Shown here one piece after another: positions 1 through 9,806 of a stretch of DNA of 64,000 bases. Origin of the DNA: an uncultured Candidatus Binatia bacterium (GTDB taxonomy: Bacteria; Desulfobacterota; Binatia; UBA9968; JAJDTQ01); the NCBI GenBank assembly GCA_964291295.2, contig OZ219754.1, forward strand, positions 1,536,001-1,600,000. The letters are read 5' to 3'. Every line of letters starts with the position of its first letter. The stretch's first letter is position 1. The notes below the pieces were generated by a model. The model was given only the letters and a program-made list of their open reading frames with translations. It had not been told where the DNA came from and did not search any database. The position numbers and the translations under genes were made by a program.

Positions 1-459
1 AGTGCGTTCGAGCGTCATATTGTGCGTTACATGGCCGAGTGCATGAACCTGACGCCGCCCTTGCTGGAGGCGTCGCTGCGCCGGACAAAGCCGGACCGTT
101 GGGAGGCACTGATGGGCACAGTCGCGCAAGCCTGGATCGAACAGGGAATCGAGAAGGGAATCGAGAAGGGAATCGAAAAGGGAATCGAAAAGGGAATCGA
201 ACAGGGAATCGAAAAGGGAATCGAAAAGGGAAGAGCTGAAGGAAGAGCCGAGGGAATCGAACAGGGAATCGAACGAGGCCGGATACAGGCCTTGGCGGAG
301 CTTCTTCTTCGTCAACTGGCGTTGCGCTTCGGTGATGTGCCGGATGCGGTCGGCGAGCGGGTTCGCCGTGCGTCGGCCTCCGAACTGGAGGCTTGGGCGG
401 AGGCCGTGCTGGTGGCAACGAGCCTCGACGAGGTGCTGGCCGCCACGCCCGGGTGCTGA
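1..459 (+). CDS. Rpn/YhgA-family recombination-promoting nuclease (putative transposase), C-terminal part; 5' end lies outside the window
   Basis: Frame is open from base 1. (E/Q)GIEKG repeats are followed by a DUF4351-like tail LLLRQLALRFG...ELEAWAEAVL..SLDEVL, typical of Rpn C-termini. Confidence 0.8.
   Translation, partial: SAFERHIVRYMAECMNLTPPLLEASLRRTKPDRWEALMGTVAQAWIEQGIEKGIEKGIEKGIEKGIEQGIEKGIEKGRAEGRAEGIEQGIERGRIQALAELLLRQLALRFGDVPDAVGERVRRASASELEAWAEAVLVATSLDEVLAATPGC
136..279 (+). repeat. 12-bp coding tandem repeat (ATCGA[AG][AC]AGGGA), about 12 units, encoding IEKG/IEQG
   Basis: Directly visible in the sequence. Confidence 0.95.
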
Positions 460-496
460 GACCGTAGCCGCCAGCGGGCCGGCTGCTGCACGGTCG

Positions 497-943
497 GGGT
501 CGGTCGTACCTGGACGATGCACCTTCATCGGTCCGTATCGGCATCAGGAGTTCCTGAAGTTCCTGCGGCGCCTCGACCGTGCCTTCCCCCGCGACCGGAC
601 CCTGCACATCATCCTGGACAACTACGGAACTCACCAGCATCAAGCGCTGCGCCAGTGGCTGGCTGCTCAGCCGCGATTCCGACTCCATTTCACCCCCACC
701 CGCACCTGCTGGCTCAATCTCGTGCACCTGCTGGCTCAATCTCGTCGAAAATTGGCTTGCCAAGCTGACTCACCAACGTCTGCGCCGCAGTGTGTTTCGC
801 AGCGTCCCGAAACTGATTGCGGCCATCAAGCACTCCTTGGCTTGCCACAATGCCAACCCCCAGCCTTTCGTCTGAACACCTCCGTCAATGCCATTCTCCT
901 CAAGATCTCAAAATGCAAGGCCATTCATGAGACACACCCCTAG
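497..943 (+). pseudogene. IS630-family transposase C-terminal remnant
   Basis: RHQEFLKFL..LD...LHIILDNYGTH...RF.LHFTPT..CWLNLVE.W motifs. A 22-bp tandem duplication (702-723/724-745) shifts the frame, and there is a premature TGA at 873-875. Confidence 0.85.
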
Positions 944-3393
944 CCCTACCCATGCCCCACAAGTGATGCTGGACATTTGATTCGGGTGGTGCTACGGTGT
1001 CGGCATGGATGTTCAGCACCAGATCCGGCACCAGCTTGCCCAGCCTGGGTCGGTGCATCATATCACCGAGCTTCTGGATGCGGGGGGCCTTCCGCATCGC
1101 ACGGCGCTTGCCGAACGTCTGTGTGCTGATTTCGGTTTCCGCGACGGCCGGGGGCAGCCTCAGGTCGCCACCTGCCTGTGCGCCCTGCGGGCTCTGGAGC
1201 GGGCCGGGCAGATCCGGCTTCCGGCCCGGCGAACGCCCGGTGGGAGTTGTGTCCGGCGGCGCCGGTCGTCGCCGGTGGCGCCGGCACGGGGGGTTCCGGC
1301 GGAGGTTGGTGAGGTTCGGGGTCTGGCGCTGGTTGCGGTTGTGGATCCGGCACAGCGGGAGATCTGGCAGGGACTGATGGAGCACGAGCATCCGCAGGGG
1401 GCCGGGCCGCTGGTGGGGCGGCAGATGCGGTATTTGCTGGGGTCGGAACACGGCTGGCTGGGGGCCATGGGGGTGGCGGCATCGGCCCTGCAGCTTGCGG
1501 TGCGGGACCGCTGGATCGGCTGGGACGCGGCGACGCGCCGGCAGCACCTGCACCGGGTGGTGGGTTTGTCCCGGTTCCTGATCCGGTCGGAGGTGCGCTG
1601 CCGCAACTTGGCGTCGCATGTGCTGGGACAGCTTCTGCGCCGCTTCGGGGCGGATTTTGCCGCGCGCTATGGTTTCGCGCCATGGCTCATGGAGACCTTC
1701 GTGTCGCCGCCCCATGGTGGGGCCAGCCTGCGGGCCGGCAACTGGCGGTGGCTGGGCGAGACTGCGGGCCGGGGTCGGCAGGACGGTGGCCACGCTGTGG
1801 CGGTGGGGGGCAAGGCGGTCTATATCCATGAACTGGTGGGTGACTGGCGCACCCGCCTGGGTGTCTCACCGCCCCCGGCGGACACCCTCAGGCTGGACCC
1901 GGCGGAGGGTCTTGACGGGCCGTCCTGGGCCGGGGCGGAGTTGGGCGGCGCGGCGTTCGGCGATGCCCGTCTGAGCGCCCGTCTGGTGGCGATTGCGCAG
2001 TTGAAGGGAGCACGATCGATGGGGTCCTTTCCGCAGGCCGCGAGCGGCAACCGGGCCGAGATCAAGGGGTACTACCGGTTCATCGACCAGCCCCACAGGA
2101 CCGCGGTGACGCCGGCGGCCATCCTGGAGCCGCACCGTGCCCGCACGCGGGAGCGCATGCGGGCCGAGCCGGTGGTGCTGTGCATCCAGGACGGCACGGA
2201 CCTGAACTTTGCATCGCGTCCGGGCTGCGAGGGGCTCGGGGTCATCGGCACCAACCAGACCGGCGCCGTTTCACGGGGCCTGCATCTGCATTCGACACTG
2301 GCGGTGACCCCGAGCGGCCTGCCGCTGGGGGTTGTCGGGGCCCGTTTTGATGCACCGCCGGCCAAGGACGAGCCGAGGACACCCGAACCGAGCAAGACCG
2401 GACGCTGGCTCGAAGGGTACCGGAACTGTGCCGCGCTGGGCCGGGACCTCCCGGAGGGCCGGGTGGTCTGCGTGATGGATCGGGAGGCGGACGCCTTCGA
2501 GGTCTTCGAGACGCAACAGGCGCACCCGGACGCCGACATCCTGGTGCGAGGCAAGCAGACCCGCCGGGTGGCCGCTGTCCATGCGTCCGGCGCCACCGGC
2601 CCGGCCACATCGGTGCGGAAGGCCCTGCAGGCGGCCCCGGTCCTCGGCACCCTGATCGTCGCCTTGGACCGGCTGACCCCACGGCCCAAGCGAAGCAAGC
2701 GCCCGGCCAAGGCCGCCCGCACGGCGCGCTGCGCCACCCTGACGGTGCGCGCCCAGACCGTGGAACTCGCACCCACGAGCCCCAAGAATCAGGGCAAACC
2801 GCCGATCCGCCTGCAGGCGGTGATGGTGGAGGAGGAGCGTACGCCCGCCGATGCTCTCCCCATCCGCTGGCTGCTGTTCACCACCCTTCCCACCGACACC
2901 CTGGAGGACTGCAGGACCCTGGTCGGGTACTACGCCCGGCGCTGGCGGATCGAGGACTGGCACCGGATCCTGAAGTCCGGTTGCAAGGTCGAGGAACTCG
3001 AAAACCGCTCAGCCGACCGCCTCGCCCGGGCCGTCGCCATCAACCTTGTCATCGCATGGCGCATTCACCTGATGACACTGCTCGGACGCGATCATCCGGA
3101 CGTGTCACCCGACATCCTGTTCTCCGAACTCGAAATCAAGGCGCTGAAGGCCTTCGCCGCGCGACAGCGCTACGCCCCTCCCGATACCCTGGCCACCGCC
3201 GTCCTCACCCTGGCGCGGATCGGCGGTCATATCCATCGCACCCGTGGACCACCCCCGGGAACAATGGTGATATGGCGGGGTCACGCCACCCTCGTTGAAT
3301 GGTGCATCGGATACCAACTCATGATGGAGCAGATAACGTGAAAACAACGGCCACCCTCTTTACTCTCGCATCACTTGTGGGGCATGGGTAGGG
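944..3393 (+). mobile_element. IS4-family (IS50/Tn5-like) insertion sequence with perfect 26-bp terminal inverted repeats, flanked by CTAG
   Basis: CCCTACCCATGCCCCACAAGTGATGC at 944-969 and its reverse complement at 3368-3393. CTAG at 940-943 and 3394-3397. The CACAAGT core resembles Tn5 ends. Confidence 0.85.
1005..3341 (+). CDS. Fusion protein: N-terminal DUF4338 (DruA-like) domain + IS4/Tn5-type DDE transposase
   Basis: N-half RYLL...RDRWIGW...LHRVVGLSRFLI...RNLASHVL...YGFAPWLMETFV...GNWRWLGETAGRG is DUF4338-like. C-half has FGDARL, IQDGT, MDREAD and YARRWRIEDWHRILK (IS4 YREK motif). Confidence 0.85.
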   Translation: MDVQHQIRHQLAQPGSVHHITELLDAGGLPHRTALAERLCADFGFRDGRGQPQVATCLCALRALERAGQIRLPARRTPGGSCVRRRRSSPVAPARGVPAEVGEVRGLALVAVVDPAQREIWQGLMEHEHPQGAGPLVGRQMRYLLGSEHGWLGAMGVAASALQLAVRDRWIGWDAATRRQHLHRVVGLSRFLIRSEVRCRNLASHVLGQLLRRFGADFAARYGFAPWLMETFVSPPHGGASLRAGNWRWLGETAGRGRQDGGHAVAVGGKAVYIHELVGDWRTRLGVSPPPADTLRLDPAEGLDGPSWAGAELGGAAFGDARLSARLVAIAQLKGARSMGSFPQAASGNRAEIKGYYRFIDQPHRTAVTPAAILEPHRARTRERMRAEPVVLCIQDGTDLNFASRPGCEGLGVIGTNQTGAVSRGLHLHSTLAVTPSGLPLGVVGARFDAPPAKDEPRTPEPSKTGRWLEGYRNCAALGRDLPEGRVVCVMDREADAFEVFETQQAHPDADILVRGKQTRRVAAVHASGATGPATSVRKALQAAPVLGTLIVALDRLTPRPKRSKRPAKAARTARCATLTVRAQTVELAPTSPKNQGKPPIRLQAVMVEEERTPADALPIRWLLFTTLPTDTLEDCRTLVGYYARRWRIEDWHRILKSGCKVEELENRSADRLARAVAINLVIAWRIHLMTLLGRDHPDVSPDILFSELEIKALKAFAARQRYAPPDTLATAVLTLARIGGHIHRTRGPPPGTMVIWRGHATLVEWCIGYQLMMEQIT

Positions 3394-3397
3394 CTAG

Positions 3398-4547
3398 GCT
3401 GGGTATCCTGGGAGTTGCGGGTGGGGGTTTCGGGCAAGTCGTCGATCTCGCGTGCGCGCAGCCGTCTGGGATCAAGGCCGTTTCTGGAGTTGCGCGATGC
3501 TTGCGTGAAGCCCTTGGCGGTCCATTCGACGATGGGGTCATGGTACCGGGGCCTTCGTCTGATGGCGATGGACGGCACGACGCTGGCGGTTCCGGATGAG
3601 GCGGAGAACCGCAAGCAGTTCGGACTTCCCGGCTCGTCGCGCGGTCGTGCGGCCTTTCTCCAGCTCAGGCTGTGGGCTCTCACGGAACTCGGCACCCGGG
3701 CACCGTTGGCTTGGTGCGCTGGCCCGTTGTCCGAATCGGAGATGGAACAAGCCGAACGGCTCGTGTCGCACCTCAAGCCGGGCATGCTGGTGCTGGCGGA
3801 CCGCTACCATAGCGGGTTTCCCCTGTGGTCGGCGGCCCATGCGAAGGGTGTGCACCTCCTCTGGAGAGTCCGGTCGAACCGGACATTTCCCGTGCACAAA
3901 AGTCTCCCGGACAGCTCCTGGTTGAGCGTCTTCAAAGGTTCCGGCAGGGACCGCAAGCGCAGTCAGGGTAGTGGCCCGGTGCGGGTGGTGAGCTACCGCC
4001 TGCCTGGAACCGATGACACCTATACCTTGATTACCACGCTGCTCGATCCCCAACGAGCACCGGCCTCCGAACTCGCCGCGCTCTACCATGAACGCCGGGA
4101 AATCGAGACCCCCTGCGACGAGGTGAAAACACACATGCTCGGACCCGGCGCCATGCTCCGCAGCAAAACCCCTGATCTGGTCCATCAGGAACTCCACGGC
4201 CTGATGCTCGCCCTTTACGCCGTGCGCCACCTCATCCACCAAGCTGCACAACCCTCTGGCGAAGACCCGGATCGACTATCCTTCCTTCACGCCGTCAATG
4301 TCCTCCGTCGTCGCATCGTCAATCCCCGTGATTTTCCCCCCAGGAACCCAACCCATGAACCCTGAACTCGATATTCTCAGCGAAATCCTCGAAGAACGCG
4401 CCGTCTCCAGCCGGGGGCAACTCAAACCCCGAGGCGTCAAGCGCAAAATGAGCAACTTTCCGATTCGGGCTCGAACCCCTCTGTCCCGCAAGCTCCACCC
4501 CTGGACCCCCGTATTCTCCCCTGTTCCTGCTTAATGCAACACTATTG
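3398..4547 (+). mobile_element. 5'-truncated IS4-family element (second type); transposase 3415-4365 plus a +1-frame tail ending at 4534
   Basis: SSISRARSRLG, MAMDGTTLAVPD, VLADR, LYHERREIET..DEVK motifs. Tail EILEERAVSSRG..PRGVKRKMS. Likely right end TTAATGCAACACTATTG at 4531-4547. Confidence 0.75.
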
Positions 4548-4657
4548 GGGCTAGGAGTCTGTGCCGCAGGAACCCGGGACGACCCAAGGGCAGGTCGATG
4601 AAGGCCGCACCGGTATTATGGTACACGTGGGGTGACAGGCGTTCGCGGAGGTCTGGA

Positions 4658-4720
4658 TTGCAGACTTTCAGGACCGGGGCGTCAGCCCGTTGCTCCGATG
4701 GCGAGGGAATCGCCGACACG
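4658..4720 (+). pseudogene. Possible N-terminal remnant of a RelE/ParE-type toxin
   Basis: GGAGG then TTG-QTFRTGASARCSDGEGIAD resembles the 'M.xFKTK.FARF...EGI.D' toxin start. It sits directly upstream of an HTH antitoxin-like ORF. Confidence 0.35.
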
Positions 4721-4777
4721 CGAATCTGCCCGCTGCGCCTGGAGGGGCGGCGCAGCGGGGTCGGAGCGATAATCGAG

Positions 4778-5137
4778 ATGAAGGCGATGATCGGGCAGTA
4801 CGGCAGTGAGGGGCTGGCGACCGTCCGTGAGGTGGCGCTCGGACCGACCGACGCCGGCCTGACGCCGAAGCGGACCATGCGGACGTTCGACGAGCTTTGC
4901 CTGACGCCGGTTGAGGAAATGGCACCGGAGGACATCCGCGCGCTTCGGCTTCGCGAGAATGCAAGTCAGGCGGTGTTCGCCCGCCATCTCAATGTGACGA
5001 CCGGGCGGGTGAGCCAGTGGGAGCGCGGCGAGAAGCGGTCTCGGGGCGGTCGCGTGAGGACACGCACCATTGGCGGCTCCGCCCTGAAGTGCCGAGCCGC
5101 GCCCGGTTTTGAGCCGACCCCGGCGGTTGCATCATGA
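4778..5137 (+). pseudogene. XRE-family HTH antitoxin-like regulator (HigA type), degraded C-terminus
   Basis: TMRTFDELCLTPV..MAPEDIRALR.RENASQAVFARHLNVT.G.VSQWERGEKR. Confidence 0.7.
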
Positions 5138-5896
5138 GTGCTGGATCTGCAATCGAGTGGACGGACGCAACCTGGAATCCGGTCACCGGCTGCACGAAGA
5201 TCACCCGCGGCTGTGACCACTGTTACGCCGAGCGTTTTGCAGAGCGCTGGCGCGGGGTTCCCGGGCATTCCTGCGAACAGGGATTCGACCTGCAACAGTG
5301 GCCGTCACGGCTCGATCAGCCCGCACGATGGCGCAAGCCGCGAATGATTTTCGTCAATTCCATGAGCGACCTGTTCCACAAAAATGTGGAGCGCAGCTTT
5401 ATCGACAAGGTGTTCGAAACGATGGAAACGGTGGACAGGCACATCTATCAGATTCTGACAAAGCGCAGTTCCCTCATTGAGGGACTACCTGCGGCGCAGG
5501 TACACGGAGGGTTCCGTTCCCGACCCTATCTGGTGCGGAGTGTCCGTTGAAGACAGCTCGGCAAGCGTGAGAATCGAGCATTTGCGAACGGCACCGGCTG
5601 CAGTACGGTTCCTTTCGATCGAGCCGCTTCTGGGTTCCATCGGAAACATCAACCTGGAAGGGATATCCTGGGTCATCGCTGGAGGAGAAAGCGGTCCACA
5701 GGCCCGACCCATGCAACCGGATTGGGTCCGGGAGGTCCGCGATCGCTGCGTCCAAGCCGGTGTGCCATTCTTCTTCAAGCAGTGGGGCGGGCAAACCCCC
5801 AAGGCCGGAGGCCGCAAGCTGGAAGGAATGGAGTATAATGAAATGCCCGCGCAGCTGACCGATAAAGACGACCATGGTCTTCAAGTGGCACCCTGA
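5134..5896 (+). pseudogene. Phage Gp37/Gp68 (DUF5131) family protein, frameshifted near 5477
   Basis: IEWTDATWNPVTGCTKITRGCDHCYAE, IFVNSMSDLFH, QILTKR continue in another frame as GVSVE..RFLSIEPLLG..WVIAGGESG..FFFKQWGG. There is one extra T in CTCATTGAGG. Confidence 0.88.
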
Positions 5897-7141
5897 CGAC
5901 CCGCCGCCTTTCATCGAACCGCATAGCAGGGCAAAACTGGAAGTTTTGCGGCGGAAGTTTTGCGGCGCTATCTTCGGGCCTACTTCGACAGGCTGAACGT
6001 CAATCCGGTTCGTGAGGAATTCAGGCTCGACCTTATAGACGGGTTCGCCGGGGGAGGCGTATTTCTGGATGAAAACGACAAGATTTCAGGCTCACCGTTG
6101 GTCATGCTCGAAGAGGCCAACCAAGCGAACGTCAGGCTGAACAAGAAACGTGTAAAGCAACTTCGCATCGACTGCAAGTTCTATTTTGTCGACAAGGAGC
6201 AAGCGCATACGGATTATCTGCGAGGGGTCCTCGCAGAGCGTGGCCACCGCGTTGAAGAGGATAGAATCATTGTCAGGAATGGGCTTTTTGAAGACGAGAT
6301 CACGGGCATTCTCACATCCATTCGAAAGAGACACCCTCGTTCCGGACGTGCGATCTTCCTTCTCGATCAGACGGGGTTCTCCCAAGTGAAACTCTCCCTC
6401 ATATCCCGAATTCTTGAGGAGCTCCCAGCCGCTGAAGTGATACTGACGTTTGCGGCCGATGCCCTTGTCAACCACTTGGCAGAAACCCCGCAGATCGTCA
6501 AAATGACGGCGCCACTTCAGTTGACCGAACCGCAGATACAGAACCTGATCCAACAAAGAGACGGACCCGGTGGCAGAGCGCTCGTGCAGAGAACGCTCCG
6601 TGATCACATCCGGACATCAATCGGCGCAGAGTACGATACCCCTTTCTTCATTCGACCCGGACAGTCCATGCGTGCCCTGTGGTTTCTCCATCTGTCAAGG
6701 CGCCCAACGGCGCGCGATGTGATGATTCAACGGCACTGGGACATTCAAAATACCTTCGAACACTACGGTCGAGGGGATTTCGGCATGCTGGGCCGGGATG
6801 CGTTGAGGGACTCGGAGACGCTCCCGTTGTTCCACTTTGGTGAGCTCGACGAGCGGCAAATGCAGAAGGGACTCATGGAGTCTCTTCCCAGGGAGCTGTT
6901 TGGTCTGGCGTCCGAACAGCCTGTAACCATAGATGCCTTGAGGCACATGTTTGCAAATCGGACGGCGGCACGCTTCTCCGATCTGGACAAGGTCATTGTC
7001 ATGCTCGCTCAGGAAAGGGAATTCGATATTCTCAGTCCGGAGGGCAAGGTGCGTTCCCGTTCATATTCGCGATTGACCCCCACGGATCGAGTGGCGCTTC
7101 CCTCCACACGGTTGCTTCCGGGGTTGTCTCGCCGATCCTGA
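5874..7141 (+). pseudogene. tcmP: Three-Cys-motif partner protein TcmP, frameshifted by a 14-bp tandem duplication
   Basis: MVFKWHPDDPPPFIEPHSRAKLEVLRR joins YLRAYF...IDGFAGGG...GSPL...FLLDQTG once one GGAAGTTTTGCGGC copy (5939-5952/5953-5966) is removed. Adjacent to DUF5131. Confidence 0.8.
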
Positions 7142-7407
7142 AGATACCTGCTGACTTCAAAGGACATCCGTCGCTCGTCAGGCGGCTGGTTTCTCTGTTG
7201 CGTGCATGGCCCGGCATGTTGGGAACGATGGGCGAGGGTGTCCGTCAGCAACCCGGTTGCAGGGTTGTCGGCCGTGGAAGGGGCTTTCCGGCAAGCGGGG
7301 AGCATACGATTCGCAGTCTCTACGATGATATGAAAGAGAAATTATATACCCGTTTACCCAACCGGCCCGCCTGGGAAGACCGGTTCTGATAGCCGGTGTT
7401 CCGGCCG

Positions 7408-8208
7408 TCATTCCCGGGGCAGCGGGGAGGCGGGCGCATGGGTCGCCGCCTGTCGTACCTGCGGCCGGCTCACCCGAGCCTGGTGCGGGTCGAAGGGCCG
7501 GACTCCGGGCCAGAAGTCCCGCTGTCCGGTCATGGCCTGGACGTGGCCGTCCCACTCGAGCGTGAACGCGGTGATGCCCAGCTTGACGGCGCGCCGGATC
7601 TTCTCGCGGGTCTCCGGGTCGGTGGCGGCCCGCCGGAGCGTATCGATCTGTCGGGAGCCGTGGCCCGCGTCCTGTTCCGCATGGATGCGGTAGGTCTCCA
7701 CCTGCCGTTCCGAGAAGCCGTAGTGTCCCACCAGTTCCCGGCAAGCCCGGGCGGCGGCGCCGTCCGGGCCTCCGTGCTGGCTCTCGACGAAGGCGAGCAT
7801 GGCCACCCCCTCCAGCGCGGACCTTCGCTGGCAGCAGCCGATGATCATTTCGATGGCCGCCAGCGTACCGGGCGTGGGCTCGGCGTTGTCCGCTTCCTCG
7901 CGCGGGATTCCGGCCTCTTCCAGGAACTGGTACATGATGTCCACGTGGCTGCGGTCGCCCGACAGCTCTTCCATGAAGTTTTCCAGCACCACGTCCGCCA
8001 AGCCCTGTTCCCGGTTCGCCACCGCGTTGACCGCCATGTAGCCAAAGTAGATGGGGTTGACGCGCACCCGGAGGTAGTGCTGCACCTCTCCCAGGACGAT
8101 CTGCTCGCGGGTCCAGCGGTGTTCGACGATGCCCTTGAACCAGGGATGCTCCACCATCGGCACCTGGTTTGCATATTCCCACAATTCGTCGATGAATCGA
8201 TCGGACAT
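7408..8208 (-). CDS. TenA/PqqC/CADD-like heme-oxygenase-fold iron-containing redox protein
   Basis: EHPWF, W.REQI, ENFMEE...SH, ESQ and IHAEQDAGHG motif spacing. Confidence 0.7.
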   Translation of the reverse strand: MSDRFIDELWEYANQVPMVEHPWFKGIVEHRWTREQIVLGEVQHYLRVRVNPIYFGYMAVNAVANREQGLADVVLENFMEELSGDRSHVDIMYQFLEEAGIPREEADNAEPTPGTLAAIEMIIGCCQRRSALEGVAMLAFVESQHGGPDGAAARACRELVGHYGFSERQVETYRIHAEQDAGHGSRQIDTLRRAATDPETREKIRRAVKLGITAFTLEWDGHVQAMTGQRDFWPGVRPFDPHQARVSRPQVRQAATHAPASPLPRE

Positions 8209-8369
8209 GGCAGCACCTCCCGGGCGGGATTGATCCAGCCCCGCTGAGGGAGCATACTCGCATCAGGAGGGGCAAGCCAACAGCGGGCCACGACTCCCCG
8301 CGAACCTCTCCACGAACCCCGCGACCTTCATCACGGCTCGGGCGGCGAGGGAGCGGGTCGAGCGGAACC

Positions 8370-8834
8370 ATGATGCCTTGGTGGATCTGGGTGAGCATCG
8401 GAATCGTCCTGATGGGTCTGGAATTGGCGGCCGTCGACGCTGCCTTCTACCTTGTCTTCGTCGGCGCCGCCGCGGTCGTGGTGGGCATCGTCGGGTTGGC
8501 GGGGGTGGAACTGCCGCTCTGGGGCCAGTTGTCAGCTTTCGCTGTCCTCGCGGTGGTGTCCATGGTGTGGTTCCGGCGGAAGCTGTACGATCGGGTTCGC
8601 GGCGGCCTGCCCGGTTTCGAATACGACATGATGGGCCGGATCGTATCGGTGGGCGAAGACGTGCCCCTCGGCGGACGGACCCGGGTCGAACTGCAAGGAA
8701 CGCAATGGACCGCGGTGAATGTCGGCATGGCGCCCATCGCCGCCGGCGCCCGCGCGCGGGTTGTCGGCAAGGAGAGCGTGAGCCTGTCCATCATGGAGTT
8801 GGTGGACGACAGCGAATCACGGGAGAGCGAATAG
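8370..8834 (+). CDS. NfeD-family membrane protein
   Basis: Hydrophobic N-terminus, C-terminal OB-like GRTRVELQGTQWTA, located upstream of an SPFH gene. Confidence 0.85.
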   Translation: MMPWWIWVSIGIVLMGLELAAVDAAFYLVFVGAAAVVVGIVGLAGVELPLWGQLSAFAVLAVVSMVWFRRKLYDRVRGGLPGFEYDMMGRIVSVGEDVPLGGRTRVELQGTQWTAVNVGMAPIAAGARARVVGKESVSLSIMELVDDSESRESE

Positions 8835-9800
8835 ATGGAGATGGATGCAAGTCTCGGTCTGTTGATCACGACGGGGGTTCTCGCCCTTGTCGTGTTGTTG
8901 TTGTTGGTCAAGACTGCGGTGGTGGTGCCCCAGCAGAACGCCTATGTCGTGGAGAATCTGGGCAAGTACTCGCGTACGCTCAAGCCGGGATTCAACATCC
9001 TGGTGCCGTTTCTGGAGCGCGTCGCGTACCGGCACAGCCTCAAGGAGCATGCGCTGGATATCGAGGAGCAGGTCTGCATCACTTCGGACAACGTGCAGGT
9101 GGGTGTGGACGGCGTGCTCTACCTCCAGGTCATGGACGCGGAGCGGGCCTCCTATGGCATCGGCAACTACGTGTTCGCCATCTCCCAGTTGGCCCAGACC
9201 ACGCTCCGCAGTGAGATCGGCAAGATCGAACTGGACAAGACCTTCGAGGAGCGGGGGCACATCAACCAGAGAGTGGTCGAGGAGCTCGACCGGGCCTCCG
9301 AACCCTGGGGCGTCAAGGTGCTCCGGTACGAGATCAAGAATATCAATCCGCCGTCGGACGTGCTCTCGGCCATGGAGAAGCAGATGCGCGCCGAGCGGGA
9401 GAAGCGCGCCACCGTGTTGTCGTCGGAGGGTGAGCGAGACGCCAAGATCAACGAGGCCGAGGGCGACAAGCAGCAGGTGATCAAGGCTTCCGAAGCGGCC
9501 CGACAACGGCAGATCAACGAGGCCGAAGGCGAGGCCGCCGCCATACTGGCGGTTGCCGACGCGACCGCCGAAGGGCTCAGGAAGGTCGCGCAGGCCCTCG
9601 ACTCCGACGGTGGGGACAAGGCCATGCAGCTCCGGGTGGCGGAGAACTATCTGGAACGGTTCGGCAGCCTCGCCAAGGCAGGCAACACCCTCATCGTCCC
9701 GGCGAACCTGAGCGACCTGACCTCCATGATCAGCGCCGCCACCACGGTTCTGGGGCACACCGCCGGGCGGGGCGGTCCGGAGCCCGGGCAGGACGCCTGA
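8835..9800 (+). CDS. SPFH/stomatin-like protein (paraslipin/QmcA type)
   Basis: VVPQQNAYVVENLGKY, CITSDNV.V.VDGV, QLAQTTLRSEIGK, MEKQMRAEREKRA. Confidence 0.92.
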   Translation: MEMDASLGLLITTGVLALVVLLLLVKTAVVVPQQNAYVVENLGKYSRTLKPGFNILVPFLERVAYRHSLKEHALDIEEQVCITSDNVQVGVDGVLYLQVMDAERASYGIGNYVFAISQLAQTTLRSEIGKIELDKTFEERGHINQRVVEELDRASEPWGVKVLRYEIKNINPPSDVLSAMEKQMRAEREKRATVLSSEGERDAKINEAEGDKQQVIKASEAARQRQINEAEGEAAAILAVADATAEGLRKVAQALDSDGGDKAMQLRVAENYLERFGSLAKAGNTLIVPANLSDLTSMISAATTVLGHTAGRGGPEPGQDA

Positions 9801-9806
9801 TCCCCG

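Noticed and set aside
1005-3341. Complete Druantia defence system
   Set aside because: Only a DruA-like domain inside an IS is present; there is no DruE helicase or other dru gene.
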